The notes beneath the pieces are model-generated. The model ran no database searches and was not told where the DNA came from. It was given only the letters and a program-made list of their open reading frames with translations. Positions 56,138-64,000 of a stretch of 64,000 nt of DNA are shown one piece after another (the first letter of the stretch is position 1; each line of letters opens with the position of its first letter). This DNA comes from Utricularia gibba (lineage: Eukaryota; Plantae; Magnoliophyta): assembly GCA_002189035.1 (NCBI GenBank), contig CM007989.1, positions 2,604,001 to 2,668,000 of the forward strand, given 5' to 3'. Position numbers and translations under genes: made by a program.

Positions 56138-56496
56138 CGTACGCCGCACGTGTGCAACAAACCGAAGGAAAACTTGTGCTCTAGTGCTCTCTCAATGTAA
56201 TGTCTCTCTGTGTGCATTTTCACTCGTGCATGTATCAACCTTAAATAAAATTATTGAAAATTAAATTAAAATTAAAACTATTTTATTTGAAATAGATATT
56301 AAAGAATAAATTTGTTATGTCACTACTACAAAATATTTGACAACTTTTATTCTACCTAAGAAAGTTGTGAATAGATGAAATATACATTTTTTGTTTTGCA
56401 TTGAAACGGTGTCGTATGCTGGATCATCACTCTCAGTGCTCTTGTTTGTCCGCCTCGGTGAATCTGAACTTGTGGCAGCACTCAGCAGCCGAGGAA

Positions 56497-58020
56497 ATGA
56501 GCGGAACGGCGAAGAAGGTCGCGGATGTCGCCTTCAAGGCGGGAAAAAACATCGATTGGGAAGGCATGGCGAAGCTGCTCGTCGCCGATGATGCCCGCCG
56601 TGAATTCGCTACTCTTCGCCGCGCTTTCGATGACGTCAATGCACAGCTTCAGACCAAGTTTAGCCAGGTCATTTGCTGCGGATGATTTTTTCATGCCCCT
56701 TCTCCAATGTCGATTGATTGATCTGTTCTCTGTGTATGGGGAGAGATATGTGGATTTTCATGTTTTTTTCTTAATCAATGATTTTTCATTAAATTGTTTA
56801 CCCTAATCTGTACCTGTGTTGGTGGGCATCCATGGAATCCCTGTACTTATATGAACTTAATAATTGCTTCCTGAATGAGACCCTTATTCTTCATTCTTTT
56901 TGTTGCATAAAAATTGCTGCTTTGACTTTCAGTGGTGTTGATCGCCTACATTGAAGTAGATGCGTATGCTGGTTGCAGGGAAGTATGACTTTGCGTATGT
57001 TCTTCTTTTTCAAAAATTTAGGATGATGGATTAGAAATTGCCAGTCCATGGAATTGTGTAGTCTGGGGTTGCCAGTAATAGGAGGAAGTACACGTTTTCG
57101 TCTTTCTCTCTGGAGTTCAAGGGCTGAGAAAGCTCATATCGTTGGAACTTTTCTGTAAATTGCAGGAGCCAGAGCCTATTGATTGGGAGTATTACCGGAA
57201 AGGAATTGGCTCTCGCCTTGTTGATATGTACAAACAAGCTTATGACGGTAGGCACGGAGTTTTGCTTGCTGGTCACTTACTACTTTATTATTAGTTCCAG
57301 ATGATATCCCTGTATTGTGTGATTCGGAAGACAGGTTCGTGTTTCTATAGGATTTCACAAAATTTACACAGGGATGGCTTTAATAGTACCATCTTAAAAT
57401 TTCCATCTTTCTGATTCGAGATCTGTTTATTCGCCACACAATGGATTACGTTTGTAATTATCCCTGCCTATTGTTCTAAGCTTGTTTTGCGTCTGATTTT
57501 GAGCTTTTATTCCCAGAAATTAAAATCCCGCAGTATGTTGACACTGTGACTCCCCAATACAAGCCCAAGTTCGAGTCCCTGGTAAGATAATCAGCTGTTT
57601 CCCATGTAGAATGTTTTTTTATCTTGATGTTGTTTGTCAATGGAACTTATCCACTTTTTGTCAATTTTGGTTGATGCAATCACACTATGTGGAATATTAG
57701 CATTTTTGTCTTTTTCTGTGGATTTCAGTTGGTAGAACTAAAGGAGGCAGAAGAGCAGTCTCTGAAAGAGTCTGAAAGGCTAGAAAAGGAAATTGCAGAC
57801 GTTCAAGAGTTGAAGGCGCGACTTTTTTGAGCTTGCTCTAATATTCTTTCTCAAGCGTCATCCCATATCTAAAAAATGTTTTCTGTGCCTCCTCGATGCT
57901 TTTTGTTTGCTGCAACAGAAGAAGCTTAGTACGATGACGGCTGATGAATACTTTGAGAAGTATCCTGAGCTGAAAAAGAAGTTTGATGACGAAATTCGCA
58001 ATGACCAGTGGGGCTACTGA
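56497..58020 (+). CDS. ATPQ: Mitochondrial ATP synthase subunit d, 5 exons
   Basis: MSGTAKKVADVAFKAGKNIDWEGMAKLLV..RREFATLRRAFD, EPEPIDWEYYRKGIGSRLVDMYK, KKLSTMTADEYFEKYPELKKKFDDEIRNDQWGY*. Confidence 0.95.
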
Positions 58021-58165
58021 ACTTCCCTGTTTGCTTCCCCCTACCATTTTTGGGCAGCTTTCTGAAGGTGAATGCTCAGCTGCAGCGTGTAATAAAGGGA
58101 AGACAAAACTCTGATCAGGGAAACCTTACTTCCATGCGCTGTTTTTTGAGTTGTTTTTCAGTAGT

Positions 58166-59465
58166 ATAAAAACGACAGTAGATTCCTTCCAATTGCTACT
58201 TCTATGGAAAATATCAACTTTATACGAAGGTCAGGTATTTGTGCATATTTACAGTAAGGTCCCCTATTTACAAAATTTACCGGGTGACCTATATAAACCC
58301 GATCACGTCTCATGGTTCATTCTTTGCATGCAGATCTAGATCACGTCTCATAGTTTCACGTAGAGCTCTAGGGATTTTATTTATGTGTTCTGTGGGGTTT
58401 TCTCTCGAGATTTAGGGTTCTCGGAAAGATTAGTTTCATCTATGTATTCTGTTATTTCAGTTTCTTTTTCCTTTCGTTTCGGCAGACGCAAGCATTTCGT
58501 TTTCACTCTCTTGTTTTTCCGTGTGTGTTTGTCACTTTTTGCCTCGTTATGTTGTTTTTTTCGTTCTTGGCGATTCTGGCCTTTTATTGATGTGCCTTGT
58601 TTTTGAATGAACCGCTGATGATCGAAATGAACGAAATGCTTTTATTTCACAAATGTTGCATGTGTATGTTGCTGCTGATTTTTTTTGGCGCTGTGCGAAG
58701 AATGTTGTGCGTTTTAATTGTTCGTCCTATTTCATCTGCAGGAACGGTGCCATGGTTGCGATCGATCTCCATTCATCCGAAAAAAAGAAGAAAAAAAGGC
58801 CAAAAGAAGAAAAAGAAAATTATTGCCAGCCTACCCCGCGATCGATATCAACCGCCATCTCTCTCTCACTCAAATCGCTCTAGTGATTTATTACCACCAT
58901 TGACATTCGATCGCTGTTAAAGAAAAGAAATGCCATAAAAAAAAGAAAAAGGCCAGAAAAAAAGAAGAAGAAAAAAAGGCCGGAAAGAAAAAAAAAAAAA
59001 AAGGCCAGAAAAGAGGGGGTTTTATCGCAGTACATATCACTCCTGTGATTATTCTGTATCTGCAAGGCTCGGCATCCATCCTCTATCATCCTTTATCTTT
59101 CGCAATCATTGGCTGTCTTGCAATTTAGGTAATGTAGATGTAAGTTATTGGTTTAGGCCCTGGAACTGCATGTGGAGATAATTTATTTTTGTAGTTTCAT
59201 TAGTTTGGTTATCAGTTTAGAAATTGCTCATTAGTTATTAATGTAGACCGTTGCATGTAGGGCCAAGTTATTGTTTTAGGTGCGTTGCAGGGGAGGGTAG
59301 GATACACCGTTTTTAACTCCGCCTGTGCCAAATCGCACTGCCAGTCCCCAGCCCGGAGAAAGGAGGAGGGAAGACTTGATATCTAGTGTTTAGGGAGTTG
59401 CATTTCTTCTCTTTCAGTTGATAACTTCACACTTGTTGTGATGCTAATAGGTGTACCTGGTGTCG
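58166..59465. mobile_element. Possible non-autonomous TE remnant or solo-LTR-like segment flanked by the 8-bp direct repeat TCAGTAGT
   Basis: TCAGTAGT at 58158-58165 and 59466-59473. Inside: a TATA-like motif, duplicated GATCACGTCTCAT, four A-rich-GGCC units and shuffled short repeats. No coding domain or clear TIR. Confidence 0.3.
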
Positions 59466-59784
59466 TCAGTAGTCTGTCTATATTTGATTTTTCGTTGTGT
59501 GTTGTATTCTAAGATCAATGGAATCTGGTTATTAATTTGCTAGTCATTGGTTTGATGGTGGAGAAGAGATGATCATTTTGGCATTATTGAGAGATCGCCA
59601 TTTTGGTATTATTTAAGTTTGCATTTCAGTATTATTGGATTTTATGGATCTCTAAGGTTAAGCAATTATGAGACTCTGCTGCTTAGGAGGCTGTAAACTG
59701 TGATGTGAAAATTGTGTTTTCCACATGTAATATTAAGCCAATTGTCTGTAGCAGAGATTGCCACCAACAGTTGAGGCATGACTG

Positions 59785-59803
59785 CCACGTCGAGCACCAT
59801 GCA
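59785..59803 (+). promoter_or_regulatory. ACGT-core (ABRE/G-box-like) plus RY element upstream of the vicilin-like gene
   Basis: CCACGT at 59785-59790 and CATGCA at 59798-59803, 60-80 bp before the ATG. This pairing is typical of seed-maturation promoters. Confidence 0.55.
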
Positions 59804-59865
59804 TATACTCTCTACTTAAGCACCTGAGTCCACCTCTCCATGTCTCATCTTGTTACACTCCATCG

Positions 59866-61623
59866 ATGGCATCAAGATCGAAGCTTTTCATTCTGGCCGT
59901 GGTGGTTCTGGCCACCGCCGTCAGGTGCTACGAGGGTGAGGAGCGGCGTTGGGAACCTGAGGAGGAGAAGGAGCAGCAGCCGGAATTTCTACTGCCGGAA
60001 GCAAAGGAGGTGGTGAGAACAGAAGCTGGGGTAGTGAAGGTGGTGAGGGGCATTGCTGGAAGATATGTGAGGAATCCATTGCATATTGGGTTTATCACAA
60101 TGGAACCCAGCAGTTTTTTCATCCTCAGTATCTTGATTCTAGTCTCATTCTCTTCATCAGGAGAGGTATATTTACAGTTGAGGCCCTTGCAGTATCATAT
60201 AGCATGCACATCGTAGATTCAGCTGAAGCCATTAAATTCATTGCACTGAGATTGAAAGCAACTGCTTTGAATGCAGGGGAGGCAAGAGTTGGACATATAC
60301 ACAAGGATGAGCTTGTGGAGACATCTCTGAAGATTGGAGATGTTTATAGGATAGAAGCCGGCTCAACTTTCTACCTGATCAACACAGCAGAGGGGCAGCG
60401 ACTCCATGTCATCTGCGGCATTGCAAAGTCAGAGGCCATCGGTTGGAAACCATTTCAGGTGGTTTTCATCCCACAAAGTCTGTTAACTTTGGTTAGTTTC
60501 TGACATGTAATTGAGCTGCTTCCATCGTTAGTCTTTCTACGTTGCTGGAGGAAGTGATCCTGCCTCTGTGTTTTCCGGGTTCGATCCTATGACGCTGTCG
60601 ACTGCTTTCAATGTAAGCAAGCCATCACCTTATGAACACAGCCAGCTTGTGTTGGTCCAAGTTTCATGAGCAAGGCTATTGTGACGTTGGAATTACTTTC
60701 TTGGCAGGTTTCTGAAGCAGAAATGGTGGGCATAATAAGAAGCCAACAGCGTGGGCCGATCATTTACTACTCGGATTCGCATCCACCGAGTGTCTGGTCT
60801 AAGTTTTTGGAGATGGATAAGCATCGAAAGCTGGCAAGCTTAAAGGGGATGATGGCCTCTACGAATGAAGACACCGACTTTGAAGAGGAGGAGGAGCAAT
60901 CAGCTTGGTCCATCAGCAACCTCTTGCCGTACTTCCTTGGAGTAGGAAGTAAGAGAGGTGATAAGCGGACCGGATCAAAGAAGGGTGATGCTTATAACCT
61001 CTATGATCACACCCCGGGCTTCAGAAACAAATACGGATGGAGCATTGCGGTGTATCAGTCCGATTACAGGCCTCTTCGGCACGATGATATCAGCGTCTAC
61101 CTCGTCAACCTTACGGCGGTAAAAGGACAACTCTTTTATGCCTTATGGATTGGTGCTTGGTTAGTAGTTGTACGTTTCTGGATCAATGCAGGGGGCGATG
61201 ATGGCGCCGCACATCAACCGTAAAGCGCACGAGTATGGTGTGGTGATCGGAGGATCCGGCCGCGTGCAGATTGTATATCCCAACGGAACCTTAGCCATGG
61301 ATGAGCAAGTGTCTGAGGGGGATGTCTTCTGGGTGCCCCGGTTCTTCCCCTTCTGCCAGATCGCGTCAAGGACCGGTCCGTTCGAGTTTTTCGGGTTCAG
61401 CACATCGGCTAAGAACAACAGGCCACAGTTCCTTGCCGGGTCGGGATCGCTGCTGCAAGCCCTGAGAGGGCCTGAACTGGCGGCTGCATTTGGAGTGAGC
61501 GAGCAGAAGTTGAAGGAGATCATCGATGCCCAGCGGGAGTCGACCATCCTGCCATCAGCAACCGTTGCTCCGCCGGATGTTGTTATGCAGGGAGCCAAGG
61601 AAAAGGGTTTGGGAAGGGACTAG
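59866..61623 (+). CDS. Vicilin-like (7S, bicupin) seed storage protein, 5 exons, with a 1-nt frameshift near 60123
   Basis: Signal peptide, VVRTEAG, LHIGFITMEP..PQYLDSSLILF (frame restored), YRIEAGSTFYLIN, YNLYDHTPGFRNKYGWS, GAMMAPHINRKAHEYGVV..GSG, FWVPRFFPFCQIASRTGPFEFFGFST. Confidence 0.9.
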
Positions 61624-61960
61624 GTGCAACTTTGCTACATTGTCTTCCCTTGTAGCAATCGCCGTTTGTTGAAGTAAAGCAACAAATAAGAAGAGGCATG
61701 GATCATGTGACTGCAGCATTATGTGGGTAACTCGGGACAGGTCATGTATGATCCTGAAAACCAGAATTTGGAGACAAATACTTGAAAATCCGGTAGAAAC
61801 CGCAAGTCTACTAACTCTCTGGACGCGGACAAACAAGACACCAATGAGCCGGAAAAATGCGCAGATAAAGAGTACAGAACAACAAACGCAAAATTGAAAA
61901 GTAGACAAGAACTTGCTTCATGAACGCCGAGAACTGTTGGAATCTCACTGAAGGCTGAAT

Positions 61961-63387
61961 TTACTTGGCGCCTTTCTTGGCGGCCGCCTTGGTCACCTTG
62001 GCGCCGGTTGGGTCCTTCTTCTCCACGCTCTTGATGACACCCACCGCCACCGTTTGACGCATGTCACGCACTGCGAAACGCCCCAGAGGAGGGTACTCGG
62101 AGAACGTCTCCACGACCATGGGTTTGGTGGGAATCATCTTCACGAGGCCGGCGTCGCCGTTCTTCAGGAACTTGGGCTCCTTCTCCAGCTCCTTTCCAGA
62201 CCGTCTGTCGATCTTGGTCAGGATCTCCGCGAACTTCACGGCAATGTGGGAGGTGTGGCAATCCAGCACGGGGGCGTATCCGTTCCCGATCTGCCCGGGG
62301 TGGTTCATGATGATCACCTGGGAGGTGAAGTTGGCGGCTTCCTTGGCGGGGTCATCCTTGGAGTTGGACGCCACATACCCACGCTTCAGGTCCTTCACCG
62401 CCACGTTCTTCACGTTGAAACCCACGTTGTCACCCGGCAGAGCCTCCAGCAGCGCTTCGTGGTGCATCTCCACGGACTTTACTTCAGTCGTCAACCCAGA
62501 GGGACCGAAGGTGACCACCATACCCGGCTTCAGGACACCCGTCTCGACACGCCCCACAGGCACAGTGCCGATACCACCGATCTTGTACACGTCCTGAAGC
62601 GGGAGCCGGAGGGGCTTATCCGAGGGCCTCTTTGGCTCGTTGATCAGATCAAGAGCCTCAAGAAGGGTCGGCCCCTTGTACCAGTCCAGGTTGTTGGACC
62701 TCTCGATCATGTTGTCTCCCTCGAAACCAGAAATTGGCACGAAGGGGATCTTTTCAGGATTGTAACCGACCTTCTTCAGATAGGAGGACACCTCCTTCAC
62801 AATTTCATCGTACCTGGCCTTGGAGTATTTTGGTGTCGTGGCGTCCATCTGCACAGCAAGATCAGCGCAGGGTAAGATGACTGAACAGGCAATTGAGTAA
62901 AAAAAAAATCGAAAGATCTGAGGACCTTGTTGCAGCAGCAGATCATTTGCTTCACGCCAAGGGTGAACGCAAGCAGAGCATGCTCTCGGGTCTGCCCATC
63001 CTTGGAGATACCAGCTTCGAAACCACCAGTGGTGGAATCGATGATCAGCACAGCGCAGTCGGCTTGTGAGGTACCAGTAATCATATTCTTGATGAAATCA
63101 CGATGCCCAGGAGCATCAATGACGGTGCAGTAGTACTTTGTGGTCTCGAACTTCCATAGAGCAATATCGATGGTGATACCACGCTCGCGCTCAGCCTTCA
63201 GCTTGTCGAGCACCCACGCATACTTGAATGACCTCTTGTTCATCTCAGCAGCTTCTTTCTCGAACCTTTCGATCACACGCTTGTCGATACCGCCAAGCTT
63301 GTAGATCAAGTGACCGGTGGTGGTGGATTTTCCAGAGTCGACATGGCCAATGACCACGATGTTGATGTGAACCTTCTCTTTACCCAT
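61961..63387 (-). CDS. EF1A: Elongation factor 1-alpha; exons 63387-62926 and 62848-61961; 449 aa
   Basis: [33 protein letters not shown] through [12 protein letters not shown]; single coding intron after CCNK as in plant EF1A genes. Confidence 0.98.
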
Positions 63388-63963
63388 GTCGAGTTTTCAA
63401 GCAACCCTGGTCATAAAAAAAATCATAGAAGTGTTCGGATGAGAAACAAGCATGTAAAAGTTAAATATTCGAATGCAAGCCGATCAACATAATATTCCCT
63501 ATCATCAAACAAGCAAGATATATGAAGAAACACCAGCCAGTAGACCAGGAGAAAACAAGCCACTTAAGAAAGAGTTGCTGAAATTCCAAAACCGAAACAT
63601 ATGCATAGAAACAAGAGTATGCTTCTCCATATTTGGGCAAGATCACAGAGACTGAAAAAACAAAGCTCTGTTACCAAAAAGCACGCATAAATTCACCATG
63701 ATAAAATTCAAACTACCTAATCGTAATCTACTAACATCAGCAAATACAATTCACACGAGCAATCAGAAACCAAGATCGACTAGCTGATCAAAAAAAATAC
63801 AGAGATCGACTTGACAATTACAAAAGCATACAAAGGCTGCCAGAAAGAACGTCGGAGAGGATTGCTTACGTGAACGTCAAATTCGCTGGCACAGAAAATA
63901 CTGTCCAATCGATCGACGTGCGCGTGAGCTGCCAATGGAAGCGACGTCCCTAATCGAGCGCCC

Positions 63964-63998
63964 TTTTATAGCAAGCAAATAGACGGCAATTAGGGTTT
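63964..63998 (-). promoter_or_regulatory. EF1A core promoter: TATA box and telo-box
   Basis: The minus strand reads CTATAAAA at 63971-63964 and AAACCCTAA at 63998-63990. A 5'UTR intron donor (GTAAGC) lies near 63868. Telo-boxes are typical of translation-machinery genes. Confidence 0.75.
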
Positions 63999-64000
63999 CT

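Noticed and set aside
58615-58680. C/D box snoRNA-like motif pair (TGATGA...CTGA)
   Set aside because: Only about 60 nt apart, U-rich, no guide sequence or terminal stem recognised.
62054-62875. Long + strand ORFs (273 and 178 aa) opposite EF1A
   Set aside because: Antisense shadows caused by the strong G/C third-position bias of EF1A exon 2.

Overview
Eudicot plant nuclear DNA, very gene-dense: 20 recognisable intron-containing or intronless protein-coding genes in 64 kb, with mostly short introns and no intact transposon. In order: PUR4 (FGAM synthase), a domesticated hAT/BED-DUF659 gene, ELC/VPS23, a thaumatin-like protein, SDIR1, an IscA-like protein, a DVL/RTFL peptide, CCS52B/FZR3, a HERK1-like CrRLK1L kinase, RAD51D, VTC1/GMP, a CASP-like 5 protein, a PBL-type RLCK-VII kinase, PHOT1, an RBOH of H/J type, kinesin-5, TET3-like tetraspanin, ATP synthase subunit d, a vicilin-like cupin and EF1-alpha. 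No tRNA, rRNA or CRISPR array was seen. Eight single-base deletions, each in a homopolymer run, disrupt or alter six genes (PUR4, HERK1, VTC1, RBOH x2, kinesin-5 x2, vicilin), most likely as long-read consensus errors. The most unexpected signal is an 18/21 match to the complement of miR164 (perfect to miRNA positions 1-15) in a non-NAC locus downstream of, and antisense to, the DVL gene. Also notable: a catalytically degenerate but intact hAT-derived gene, a 1.3 kb TE-like or lncRNA-like unit flanked by an 8-bp direct repeat, two GC-AG introns and a stop-free 72-nt in-frame intron. All family assignments are from motif recognition and recall; no searches were run.
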